Assembly (NCBI GenBank): GCA_964632485.1
Contig: CAZWDO010000010.1
Span: 1-64,000, forward strand
Length of the DNA: 64,000 bases
DNA from: an uncultured bacterium
Lineage (GTDB): Bacteria; JAGOEH01
Direction: 5' to 3'
Below are positions 49,257-58,917 of this stretch, piece after piece. Both the position numbers and the translations under genes were made by a program. The notes below the pieces were generated by a model, which did not search any database, was not told where the DNA came from, and worked only from the letters and a program-made list of their open reading frames with translations. Position 1 is the first letter of the stretch, and each line of letters opens with the position of its first letter.

Positions 49257-51263
49257 ATGCGTTTTTTTCTAAATTTGCTGTTATTGACGTACATCCTGGC
49301 GTGTAGCGCGCGCCATTTTTACGCTCAAGGCGAGGGTTTTGGCGGGATTAAATTGAGCATCATTAGGGAAAATCAGATCACGCCCAATGACGAGGCGATC
49401 ACTGGCGCGTTTGTGCGGACGTTTTACAACACCCATTATTGCCGTCTTGACATCTTTTACGGCGGTACCGCTGTGGGTGGTGAAAACGGCGCGCCCAATG
49501 ATTCCCGATATCGGATTATGGCCCTCGATACGCTTTTGAATTCGATCAGCATTCACGATACACTGCCCTTCGCGGGCGCGTCCGACTATGCCATCACTCA
49601 GGGTGAAAGCGATTACTATATGCTAACCGGTATCCCCAACGGTTATCAAATCACCCGCTTCAATGCCGATATTCAAGTTACTGGTTCCGCCCAAATCAAA
49701 AATCTGGTTTTTCCTCAATATCGACTGAACGATCAGATGATGGGGTTTACCCATGGCCGAATCGTATTCTCCGCCAACAAACCAGGGACTTCAGGGGATT
49801 TCAGCCAGGGTGGTTTTAGGATTTTTGAAATGGATACCGCTCTTAATCTGTTTCGCGATCAGATCATCACCGGCACAGGTTTGTCAGTGGAAGGAGCCGG
49901 AGTTTGTTTTGCCAATAACTCCAACTATATCGTGGGTAATGTGGACCGGCCCTCAACTCAGCGTCCCGACAACATTCTCTATGCCCTGCAATTTGATACC
50001 AACTGGGTCTATCAATCAAAAATTGTCATTGATTCTCCGGCGATGTGGCCGCAAAGCATCCTTTACGAAGAGGGCAAATTCTATGTAGTGTATCAAAAAC
50101 AAGACGATAAACGCTTAATGAATATATTTCTGGGGATTTTTGATTCTCTGTGGCAGCCAGTAGCCATTCAACCTGTCAGTTTCTATTGCCAAGCCGTCGA
50201 TTCGGCCTCCGCCGCCAGACCGGGCATCCTCAAACGTGGAAACCATATCTATATTTCCTATGATATCGAAAGCTGGGGAAATAAACGCGATTGGCAGGGC
50301 GTCATCCGCCTGTATGAAATGTCTCAAGTAGCCGGTCCCGAACTCGTTCTCGGCGCACCCGCGCACGATTTCAATTTTCTGCGCATCGGAGCGACTGATT
50401 ACCGTAATTTATCACTTTACAATTATGGTATCGCTGCCCTGATAGTCGATAGCATAATTGTCCCCCCGGCCCTAAACGGAGTTTTTCAGGTAAGCGTGGT
50501 ATCCGGGTTTCCGCTGACGATCCCTCCCGCCGGAAGTTCCGAAATTAAGGCGGAGTTTTGGCCAACGTCAATCGGGCCCGTTCGTGCCGATTTAAATATT
50601 CTTCATAACGGGGCAGACGGTTCTACCCGGCTGACCCTGTTGGGAACTGGCGCGGATTCGATTGAGGCGCCCATGCGGATTCAGCCTCAGGACCATGCTG
50701 TCAATGTCGATGTTGCTACACTATTTCAGTGGTGGCCGGTTGACGGCGCTACGGATTACCAAATGCAAGTTTCGCAGGATTTAGCGTTCAGCGAACCGCT
50801 ATTCGGTTCGGATAATTTACCTCGGACTGACCTTCGCATTCCTTCCAATCAAGGGCTAGATTCCGGCCGGGTTTATTACTGGCGGGTGCGCGCCAAACGC
50901 GATTCGCTCGGGGATTACAAGGTCAGCGACTACTCCTCTGTCTGGTCCTTTACCACCGTCGGAATGGTTGCGGTGAATGAAAATTTTCGCGATAAAGAAT
51001 CGACCCCCGCTCTTTCCTCTCCATTGCCTAATCCGTTCAGTAATCGAATTATCATTAAATATCGGGCGCTCCAAACCTGCAGAGTAGTACTCACAGTCTA
51101 TAATATCATGGGGCAGGAAGTTACAAAATTGGTGGATACCGAAAAGACTCCGGGGCATTACCAGTCGGAGTGGGATGCGACGGGTCATGCGTCTGGAATC
51201 TATTTCTATCAGTTGACGATCGGAAATCGCCGCGAGACCCGTTCGATTCTGCTGTTGCGATAA
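49257..51263 (+). CDS. Exported protein with ASH/choice-of-anchor-D-like Ig and FN3-like domains and a T9SS-type CTD
   Basis: Signal peptide; LSLYNYG..L.V...FPLTIPP..LLGTG; YYWRVRA; PNPFS...YNIMGQEV..ASGIYFYQL. Confidence 0.85.
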   Translation: MRFFLNLLLLTYILACSARHFYAQGEGFGGIKLSIIRENQITPNDEAITGAFVRTFYNTHYCRLDIFYGGTAVGGENGAPNDSRYRIMALDTLLNSISIHDTLPFAGASDYAITQGESDYYMLTGIPNGYQITRFNADIQVTGSAQIKNLVFPQYRLNDQMMGFTHGRIVFSANKPGTSGDFSQGGFRIFEMDTALNLFRDQIITGTGLSVEGAGVCFANNSNYIVGNVDRPSTQRPDNILYALQFDTNWVYQSKIVIDSPAMWPQSILYEEGKFYVVYQKQDDKRLMNIFLGIFDSLWQPVAIQPVSFYCQAVDSASAARPGILKRGNHIYISYDIESWGNKRDWQGVIRLYEMSQVAGPELVLGAPAHDFNFLRIGATDYRNLSLYNYGIAALIVDSIIVPPALNGVFQVSVVSGFPLTIPPAGSSEIKAEFWPTSIGPVRADLNILHNGADGSTRLTLLGTGADSIEAPMRIQPQDHAVNVDVATLFQWWPVDGATDYQMQVSQDLAFSEPLFGSDNLPRTDLRIPSNQGLDSGRVYYWRVRAKRDSLGDYKVSDYSSVWSFTTVGMVAVNENFRDKESTPALSSPLPNPFSNRIIIKYRALQTCRVVLTVYNIMGQEVTKLVDTEKTPGHYQSEWDATGHASGIYFYQLTIGNRRETRSILLLR

Positions 51264-51264
51264 G

Positions 51265-51400
51265 TGGCTGCGTCTCGCAAATCCTCATACGCCATATACT
51301 CGTCATGCGTCATCCTCGCGATCTCCACCACCTCGAAAAACTTACTGAATATCTTGTCCTGAAGCTTCGCCGGCCGCTCTATCAACAGCTTTGAATAGGC
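51265..51400 (-). pseudogene. Remnant of an Rpn/PD-(D/E)XK nuclease family gene
   Basis: ERPAKLQDKIFSKFFEVVEIARMTHDEYMAYE matches the pre-C-terminal Rpn motif; no proper start or end. Confidence 0.6.
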
Positions 51401-51430
51401 TGCGCAGCCAAGCAATGTCGCCTGGTTACA

Positions 51431-52300
51431 TTAAGACCTGTAAAAGGTACCTCTGGCCTTAGCCAACCATTCCTCGGGGTTTGGCATTGGATAATAATAT
51501 TCTATATCCGTGTCATATTTTTTCAAAATCTCAAAGCCCTTGAGGTAATACTCGATTTTATCAATACTTGGGAAAAAAAAACTATTACTCAGGTAGCCAT
51601 TCTCTAAATCATATTGAACATATTTGGCCGCTTCCACCAACGACCCATTTTTTTCCTGACGTACCTGAAAAATTTTATCAAACATACCAGCCAGATAATA
51701 CGCCCGGTGAAACTTTGTAAAATCCTTCAACGTGTTATTATAATTCCTTTGCAAATAATCGTAACAATAATCCAAATGGATAAAATTATATTCTTCTCCC
51801 TTGACCATATATGAATTATCATCATCAATCAATAACGAATCCGCTAATTCCGATTCCGGAGCCACCACCGAACCCAGCTTCTTTTTCCGTTGCCCATAAT
51901 ATACGCTTTGGTATCGGGATATATCGTCCTCTTTCATAAATCCTGAAGTATCAATACAATCTTCGCGTGAATAAACTTTATACCCGACTTCCGATACTCG
52001 ATCGCCAAACGCTCTTCGCATAAAATCTTCCGCGAATGGAACGTTTCGCTGCTTTATTCCCGTGCTGAAAAAAATTAGATTAGCGCCCAACTCATCCAGC
52101 CAGCGGAACAGAGCGTAGAATCCTGGAAAAATATGATGAGCATAGCCCAAGACCTCAATCGTATGCTTTTGATAATATTGGTCATCAAATTTTTCTCCGA
52201 TTTCCTTAATAATTCTTTCAGCATCATAATCGGCAACAACGGTTAGAGTGCCGTCGATATCAAATATAAAATTCCCGAAAAAGGTTTTGCCATTTATCAT
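51431..52300 (-). CDS. HAD-superfamily protein, NIF/FCP1-like phosphatase fold
   Basis: FIFDIDGTL, FFST, VYSREDC, LLIDDD; AAGGAG SD before ATG 52300. Confidence 0.65.
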   Translation of the reverse strand: MINGKTFFGNFIFDIDGTLTVVADYDAERIIKEIGEKFDDQYYQKHTIEVLGYAHHIFPGFYALFRWLDELGANLIFFSTGIKQRNVPFAEDFMRRAFGDRVSEVGYKVYSREDCIDTSGFMKEDDISRYQSVYYGQRKKKLGSVVAPESELADSLLIDDDNSYMVKGEEYNFIHLDYCYDYLQRNYNNTLKDFTKFHRAYYLAGMFDKIFQVRQEKNGSLVEAAKYVQYDLENGYLSNSFFFPSIDKIEYYLKGFEILKKYDTDIEYYYPMPNPEEWLAKARGTFYRS

Positions 52301-52624
52301 AATCTTATCTCCTTTCATTTCTATAATAATATCTAATTTAGAAAAAGTCAAGATAGGAATTTTATTTGTAACTATCAATTATAATTTGACGTTGGGTACA
52401 GTAAATTTATACTTCAATGATCGTTTGCGATTTTGGCTTCAAATTCAGAAATAGATGCGGTAGAGTATGATGGAAAAAAAACGCAAACGAATTGTTGGTT
52501 TTATTTTTTCCGCTCTTCTCTAATTGTGAAGTGGAATTATTTCAAATTTGATTATAGCAAAACACTTTCAATTCGGTGAACACATAATTAAATTCACTCC
52601 TGAATCAGCGAAATAGTATTCAAC

Positions 52625-52653
52625 TTGACATTAAATGATAAATTCCTTATAAT
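52625..52653 (+). promoter_or_regulatory. Perfect-consensus sigma-70 promoter
   Basis: TTGACA-17 bp-TATAAT. Confidence 0.7.
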
Positions 52654-53051
52654 ATTTGCTGAGGAGAAAACATTTCGAGACTTTACTCATTGTCCTATTG
52701 TATCAGTTTTTCTTATTATGCCTGCAACTTAGGTTCATGAGTTATCAATCTTCTCTGCAATATTGTCATAAAACCGATGGTTTTTTCTGTTTAACTACTG
52801 TTGCGTTTTCAGAATTGAAAACCGATGTTTATGCATGAGCTAAATAATTTCTGATGGATCGCCCGATTGATTAGCTGAAAGATAATAATAAACAGAGGAG
52901 TAATACTTTGGAATCTGAATTGAAAGAAATCATTGATGAAAGAGACCTTGAATCTAATATGAATTTGATAATTTGTGGATTGACGTGATTCGCCACAATA
53001 ACTAACCGAAGCCCGGTATAAAATTATTTTTAGGAAAGTTGAATTTTTTAC

Positions 53052-53080
53052 TTGACATGATTACGTAATGGTGTTATATT
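53052..53080 (+). promoter_or_regulatory. Promoter of the merR-VIT pair with a palindrome in the spacer
   Basis: TTGACA-17 bp-TATATT with TG extension; ATTACGTAAT at 53060-53069. Confidence 0.65.
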
Positions 53081-53100
53081 AAGATTAAATGTGAAAGGAG

Positions 53101-53625
53101 GTGAGATTTATGAGTATGACAATGCGCATTGGAGAGTTGGCTGAGCAGGCTCTGGTGTCGCGTCGGACGATCCGCTATTATGTTCAGATGGGACTGTTGC
53201 CTCCCCCGGAAATGCTGGGCGCTTATAGCGCGTATGGACGCGAGCATCTGATACGGTTGTTGTTGATTCAGCGATTACAGGGACTATTTTGGCCATTGGA
53301 CCGTATCCGCCGGACGCTGGAAGGATTGACGATTGCCCAGCTTGAAACATTTCTGGAAAACGAACGCTGGCCCGAGGGGCATGCGCTTTCCCGGGGTCCT
53401 TCCACTGAAGCGCTTGCGCCAGTCGACGGCCCTGCAACCGATGCTTCCGGAACGGCTATGTTAGTTAAAATGGGCTTGCCGCTATCCCGGAAGTACTATC
53501 GTCTGATATTGTGTGACGGGCTGGAACTGCACTATGCAGAATCATGGCATGCTAAATTTTCTTCTGATTCTGATTTGTTCAGCCGGTCATTATTAAATTT
53601 TTTAACACAGTTTCCAAATCTTTAG
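53101..53625 (+). CDS. MerR-family HTH regulator
   Basis: MRIGELAEQALVSRRTIRYYVQMGLLPPP; start may be ATG 53110. Confidence 0.9.
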   Translation: MRFMSMTMRIGELAEQALVSRRTIRYYVQMGLLPPPEMLGAYSAYGREHLIRLLLIQRLQGLFWPLDRIRRTLEGLTIAQLETFLENERWPEGHALSRGPSTEALAPVDGPATDASGTAMLVKMGLPLSRKYYRLILCDGLELHYAESWHAKFSSDSDLFSRSLLNFLTQFPNL

Positions 53626-53639
53626 AAAGGGGCTTTCTT

Positions 53640-56069
53640 ATGAGCAATTTTGGTTTTTTCAATACGAAAAATGAGATTCAGTTCCCATTGCAATCGGTTG
53701 ATATCACGGGAACGGTGATGGACGCCTATGGAGAAATCGTTCAAACTCAGATTTACTATAACGATCAGCAGGATAACCAGGAAATATTTTACATATTCCC
53801 ATTGAATCATGAATCGATAATAACGGGTTTTCAAGCAACCATTAACGGACGGGTAGTGAAGGGTGTTGTCGAAGAGCGTAAAGAAGCGGAACGGAAATAC
53901 GCTAAAGCGATTCGAATGGGGGATTCGGCAATGATGCTGGAGGAACATCGTCCCAATATATACCAGATTTCGTTGGGGCAGGTCTTGAAAGGGGAGTCGG
54001 TGACAATCCATATTTCCTATATGATTCCCATTGTCAGGCGCGAGAATGATTTTGAGTTAATATTGCCCATGGTAGTCGGGCCGCGCTATATTCCCGGCAA
54101 TCCCAGAAGCAATAAAACGGGTCCTGGAACAGGCCAGCCCACTGATCAGACGCCCGATGCCGATTTTATTACTCCGCCGATTGGAAATACCGACTATCGC
54201 GCCAGTCTGAATCTGAAAATTGAAACAATTGGGAAACTGGTAAGTGTCCAGTCTTCAAGCCATCCGATTCGAACCACCCTGATTGACGGCCATCAGATCG
54301 CGTTGAGTTTTGCCAATGAGCGCGCGCCCTTGGACAGCGATTTAAAAATTAGCGTAAAAACAGCGGAAGAGGCCGGGGCTTTGGGACGGGTTTATCGCAA
54401 TGAAGTGGGAGAGACATTCGTTTATGCCGCTTTTATGCCCGATCTGGAGAATTTCATCAATGATGAATCCGCGATACAGCCGCGTGAATTTATCTTCCTG
54501 CTGGATGTGTCTGGTTCCATGGAGGGATCAAAACTGAAGCAGACCAAACGCGCTTTGCGCCTCTGCCTGCGTCAATTGAACGAACAGGATCGCTTCAATC
54601 TGATTGCCTTTGAATCATCGTTTAAATCCATGAATGCCCAACCGGTAGCATTTAACCAGCAATCTCTGGATGCTGCTGATGATTGGTTCTGGAAACAGGG
54701 AACGCGGGGAGGGACTGAATTGTTGAAACCGCTGATCCATATTCTGTCCAATTCGGCGCCGGATGCGGTCGTGGTACTGTTTACGGATGGCGAAGTGGGC
54801 AATGATGATGAAATTATTCAGTATGTCCAACATCATCGTCAACAGCGTCGCTTCTTTACCTTTGGAATCGATACGGCGGTTAACAGTTATCTGCTGGCTC
54901 GACTGGCGGAAGTAAGTTCCGGCCGGTTTGAATCCGTATCCCCCAACGAAAAGATCGAAGACAAAGTGGTGCGTCAATTTAGTCAGATTCAGGCATTTTA
55001 TTTGGAAAATCCTGAAATCCAATGGGGAAATCAAGTTAAGGCTGAATTTTTCCCTCATCGGTTGAATTGGGTGTGCCACTATGAGCCGATGGGTGTGGTA
55101 GCCCGGATCGAGGGCGAGTTTAACCGTGAATTAGCTCTTACTGGCCGGATCAGGGAGAAGGATGTCTGTTTTGTTGTTGCTCCGGAAGATATTACCGATG
55201 GTTCTCCATTTGTCGAACGTTTATGGGCTAAAAAGAAATTGGACGATCTGGAAAACTATGCGCAGACGATCAGGGAAAACCGCCGGGCTGACTCCTATAA
55301 GGAGGAGATTGTAGAACTATCGAAAAAATATCAGATATTGACGCGCTTGACATCATTTATAGCAGTCTATGAACGACAAGTGAAGGCCGACGGCCAGCCG
55401 ATGGAAGTGACCGTGCCGGTAGAACTGCCCGCGGAATGGGACGCAAAGCCCGCGTATCGTCAGGCTGCGGCGCCTTCCCCTGGGATGCATTACTGTCTCT
55501 GCAATTATACTTTGAATTCCCAAGCGCGCATGAAGAGCTCTCCAAAATTATTAAAGAGATTTTTTGGCGGAGCGGATAACGATATGCTGTCATTTGAAAA
55601 CGCCGACTATCCAGCTCCAATGGATAATGCGAGCGATCTATTCTCTAATAGACCGTCATTAGGGGATTCTTTACACGATTTTGCCCTCAATCAGCGCGCC
55701 GATGGTTCGTTTGAGTTTGCCCCTCTTGATTCACTCAGCTCTTCTTTACTGGCCTTGTACATTTTGACCGGTAATTTTGTCTCTCTCTATCGTCGGCCTA
55801 TTGAGAAAATTCTGGAATGGATTCTAAAACCCGAAATCATTGCAGAATTGAAAGCCGATCCAGCCAGGACTTCTCTTTGTCGGGCAATTATTGAAATGCT
55901 GAAAATGACTGGCAAATTCCACCGATTGAGTAAAAAGTTAGAAATGACCCTCGCGGGTGGCGATTTCCAGGATGAAGACCGGATCGCCTTGCCCGAGTCG
56001 ATGAAACAGCTTGTCGATCGTCTGGGAGAAAAATCGATTAAAGATTTAATCGAAAAAGTGTCGCTTTAA
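53640..56069 (+). CDS. VIT (vault inter-alpha-trypsin) + vWA domain protein
   Basis: VIT (VQTQIYYN..E..YIFPL), PMVVGPRY, MIDAS DVSGSM/GGT/FTDG; no signal peptide. Confidence 0.92.
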   Translation: MSNFGFFNTKNEIQFPLQSVDITGTVMDAYGEIVQTQIYYNDQQDNQEIFYIFPLNHESIITGFQATINGRVVKGVVEERKEAERKYAKAIRMGDSAMMLEEHRPNIYQISLGQVLKGESVTIHISYMIPIVRRENDFELILPMVVGPRYIPGNPRSNKTGPGTGQPTDQTPDADFITPPIGNTDYRASLNLKIETIGKLVSVQSSSHPIRTTLIDGHQIALSFANERAPLDSDLKISVKTAEEAGALGRVYRNEVGETFVYAAFMPDLENFINDESAIQPREFIFLLDVSGSMEGSKLKQTKRALRLCLRQLNEQDRFNLIAFESSFKSMNAQPVAFNQQSLDAADDWFWKQGTRGGTELLKPLIHILSNSAPDAVVVLFTDGEVGNDDEIIQYVQHHRQQRRFFTFGIDTAVNSYLLARLAEVSSGRFESVSPNEKIEDKVVRQFSQIQAFYLENPEIQWGNQVKAEFFPHRLNWVCHYEPMGVVARIEGEFNRELALTGRIREKDVCFVVAPEDITDGSPFVERLWAKKKLDDLENYAQTIRENRRADSYKEEIVELSKKYQILTRLTSFIAVYERQVKADGQPMEVTVPVELPAEWDAKPAYRQAAAPSPGMHYCLCNYTLNSQARMKSSPKLLKRFFGGADNDMLSFENADYPAPMDNASDLFSNRPSLGDSLHDFALNQRADGSFEFAPLDSLSSSLLALYILTGNFVSLYRRPIEKILEWILKPEIIAELKADPARTSLCRAIIEMLKMTGKFHRLSKKLEMTLAGGDFQDEDRIALPESMKQLVDRLGEKSIKDLIEKVSL

Positions 56070-56079
56070 GTCAGGAGTT

Positions 56080-56119
56080 TCCGGGCGCCCTCATCCAATG
56101 ATCAGGCGCGCCCGGATTT
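56080..56119 (+). terminator. GC-rich hairpin, possible terminator
   Basis: TCCGGGCGC...GCGCCCGGA then TTT. Confidence 0.5.
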
Positions 56120-56211
56120 GGATAATGTCAGTTTTCCCGCTAATTATTGTAACTTTTCCTTCTCGGGTGCGTATTTTTTAGTAGAAACCCATTTAACCAG
56201 AGGAGGAATCC

Positions 56212-56652
56212 ATGGAAAACCAGAATTTTCTTCACCGGCTTCACCGTTCGAATCGCGATAAATTTATCGGCGGAGTTTGCGGCGGATTAGGAGAAACGAC
56301 TCCTTTGCCGGCCTGGATTTGGCGTATTATTTTTGTTAGCTTCGCCGTATATGGGGGGTTAGGGCTTTTGCTTTATATTTTGTTTTGGATTTTTATGCCC
56401 AAATCTCAGGAGGATGAACAAGTAGCTAAGCATCAGGAGAACATAATGCGACGGTTTGCCCGCTCGCAAACCGACAAAAAAATTGCCGGAATATGTGGCG
56501 GACTGGGCGAGCTCAGTCCGGTTCCTTCCTGGATTTGGCGCATCGGGTTTATCTGCCTGACGTTTATTGGGCTTTCCGGATTGATTATTTATATTTTGAT
56601 CTGGATTTTTGCTCCAGCGCAAAAAATTCAGCCCCAGCCATATTACTCTTGA
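56212..56652 (+). CDS. pspC: Tandem (double) PspC-domain protein
   Basis: Two copies of RS..DK.I.G.CGGLGE...W.WRI...YIL.WIF.P. Confidence 0.88.
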   Translation: MENQNFLHRLHRSNRDKFIGGVCGGLGETTPLPAWIWRIIFVSFAVYGGLGLLLYILFWIFMPKSQEDEQVAKHQENIMRRFARSQTDKKIAGICGGLGELSPVPSWIWRIGFICLTFIGLSGLIIYILIWIFAPAQKIQPQPYYS

Positions 56653-56885
56653 TTAATTTCAGTTTTTAAGAAATCCGCTGGCGATACCATGCCCAACGGA
56701 TTAAATGGGACCTGTTGCCGGATATGTAATGCTTACTTTGTCATTTCCATACTTCTTTCTCTATGTGAAGTGGGAGCCCGCGCCATCCTGCGCGCATGGC
56801 CGAAGATATTCTTAAAATCGCGCTCTCGGATTCCCAAGGGGCCCTTGTGGAATATGGCAGCGGGTAATGGGAAAGAATTACGGTT

Positions 56886-58541
56886 TTAAACTATCAAATC
56901 GTTGATAGTAGTAAACAGCATTTCTTTGTTAATAGGTTTGGAAATGAAAAAATCGCAACCGGCCTCCCGCGCTTTTTGTTTATCCTCCGGAGTGGTATAG
57001 GCTGTTTGGGCAATAATGGGCAGTTTCGGCCGTAACTGCTTAATTTGCCGAGTGGCTTCAAATCCATTAAGTACGGGCATTTTTAAATCCATCAAAACAA
57101 GGCTTATATTGGGATTGGATCGACAGATTTCTGTAGCTTCTCTGCCATTTTTCGCATGAAGAATGGTTAAATTCCACTGGGATGTTTTCAGTAATATTTC
57201 GAGATACATATAATTGATTATTTCGTCTTCGGCAATCAATATGATAAAGGGTTCCCGAGTATCATCCTTTTTATCGATTTTCTGTTTCTTCTCTTTCTCA
57301 GGGACAGCTTCATAGGGAATGGAGAGAGTGAATTCTGAACCTTTGCCCTTTTCTGATGTAAGGGTGATATTGCCGTTCAGCAACAGGGCGTTTTCCTGTG
57401 CGATTGCCAGTCCCAGCCCCAATCCTCCGTAGTTTTGCGCTATTTCATCGCTTTCCTGGGTGAAGCGATGAAAGATGATGCCCCATTTCTCCGGCGAGAT
57501 TCCTATTCCGTTGTCCTTTATGCAAATTTTAATCAAGTGATCAGTTCGCTGGCAATTGATTTCAATCATTCCGCTGTGGGTAAATTTGACGGCATTCTCA
57601 ATCAAATTGCCGATAATTTTCTTCAATTTGTCGATATCCGTTAAAATGTGGCAAGTCTGACTCGCTATTTCTTCCGCAATTCGTAACTGCGTATTATTTT
57701 TGTAGGCCCTTTCCGCATAATTATTAACGATTTCAGATAATAAATCACTCAAACTGACTTCTGTTTTTGTTAAACATATTTGTTTTGTCTCCAGGGAAGA
57801 TATTTCCAGGATATCGTCAATAATGCGCAATAACTGCATGCTGCTGTCGATAATATAGTTACTATATGTTTTTCTTTGTTCATCGGTTAATTGCGAATTA
57901 TCCAATAATTCCGAGAAACCGATAATTCCATGAATCGGTGTCCTGATTTCATGGGACATGTTCCTCAGAAATTCGGTTTTCAGCCTATTGCTTTCTTCGG
58001 CCGCTTCTTTTGAAATAATGAGCTGCTCGTTGGCGCTTATTAAATTTTGTTCAGTTTCTTTTTGGTGTTCAATTTCTTTTTTCAACTGGTCGTTGACTCG
58101 TTCCAATTCTTGATTGCTTTGCTGCAATTCATTTGTCAATTCTTCGTTTTGTTCTTTTAATAAATACGATTCCAACGCGTTTTCAATTACTTCCTGAAGC
58201 CTTTCTTTCGTCCAGGGTTTTTGAACGTATTGAAAAATGCGGGCATTGTTAATGGCGGCTTCCAGGGCGTTAAAATCGGTATATCCGGTAATCAGGATGC
58301 GCCCGGGTTTTGGATTTTTTCCCAGGGAATATTGTAAAAATTCGATACCGCTCATTTCCGGCATCCGTTGATCGCTGAGTATCAGATCGATCTCCTGATT
58401 ATCGAGAATTTCGATCCCTTTGCGGGCAGAATTAGCTGTAAATACTTGATAATCACGGCGGAATGTATCCTTAAAAATCCGCAGATTGCTTTCTTCGTCA
58501 TCGACATAAAGTATTGAAAATTTATGTGCTGTTTTTTCCAT
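56886..58541 (-). CDS. Hybrid histidine kinase REC-HisKA-HATPase-REC
   Basis: MSHEIRTP, NLIENAVKFT, DNGIG, GLGLGL, two REC domains. Confidence 0.95.
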   Translation of the reverse strand: MEKTAHKFSILYVDDEESNLRIFKDTFRRDYQVFTANSARKGIEILDNQEIDLILSDQRMPEMSGIEFLQYSLGKNPKPGRILITGYTDFNALEAAINNARIFQYVQKPWTKERLQEVIENALESYLLKEQNEELTNELQQSNQELERVNDQLKKEIEHQKETEQNLISANEQLIISKEAAEESNRLKTEFLRNMSHEIRTPIHGIIGFSELLDNSQLTDEQRKTYSNYIIDSSMQLLRIIDDILEISSLETKQICLTKTEVSLSDLLSEIVNNYAERAYKNNTQLRIAEEIASQTCHILTDIDKLKKIIGNLIENAVKFTHSGMIEINCQRTDHLIKICIKDNGIGISPEKWGIIFHRFTQESDEIAQNYGGLGLGLAIAQENALLLNGNITLTSEKGKGSEFTLSIPYEAVPEKEKKQKIDKKDDTREPFIILIAEDEIINYMYLEILLKTSQWNLTILHAKNGREATEICRSNPNISLVLMDLKMPVLNGFEATRQIKQLRPKLPIIAQTAYTTPEDKQKAREAGCDFFISKPINKEMLFTTINDLIV

Positions 58542-58911
58542 TTTCGACGGCCTCCAGTATGATTTGTTTCAATTCATCGTATTTCCACGGTTTGGAGATA
58601 AATTTAAAAAGTTTGTATTGTTCAAACGCTTTTTCGATTTGATCATAATCGCTGAATCCCGAGACAATTAACCGCCCGGGAGGGATGTGGGGAAATTTCT
58701 GATTTATTAAATCGAGCAGTTCAACACCCGTCATCCCCGGCATGCGCTGGTCTGTAATTACAATGTCTATGGCCTTCTGTTCCAATACTTCCATCGCCTG
58801 ATATGCTGAAATAGCCAAAATTATTTCAAAATCGCGGCGGAACGTATCTTTAAAAATTCGTAAATTGCTTTCTTCATCATCGACATATAATACCCGGTAT
58901 TTTGTTTTCAT
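58522..58911 (-). CDS. Single-domain response regulator
   Basis: VLYVDDE, ITDQRMP, SKPW. Confidence 0.92.
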   Translation of the reverse strand: MKTKYRVLYVDDEESNLRIFKDTFRRDFEIILAISAYQAMEVLEQKAIDIVITDQRMPGMTGVELLDLINQKFPHIPPGRLIVSGFSDYDQIEKAFEQYKLFKFISKPWKYDELKQIILEAVENGKNST

Positions 58912-58917
58912 ATAGCC

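Noticed and set aside
56689-56889. 66-aa ORF between pspC and the hybrid kinase
   Set aside because: No SD or motifs; probably spurious
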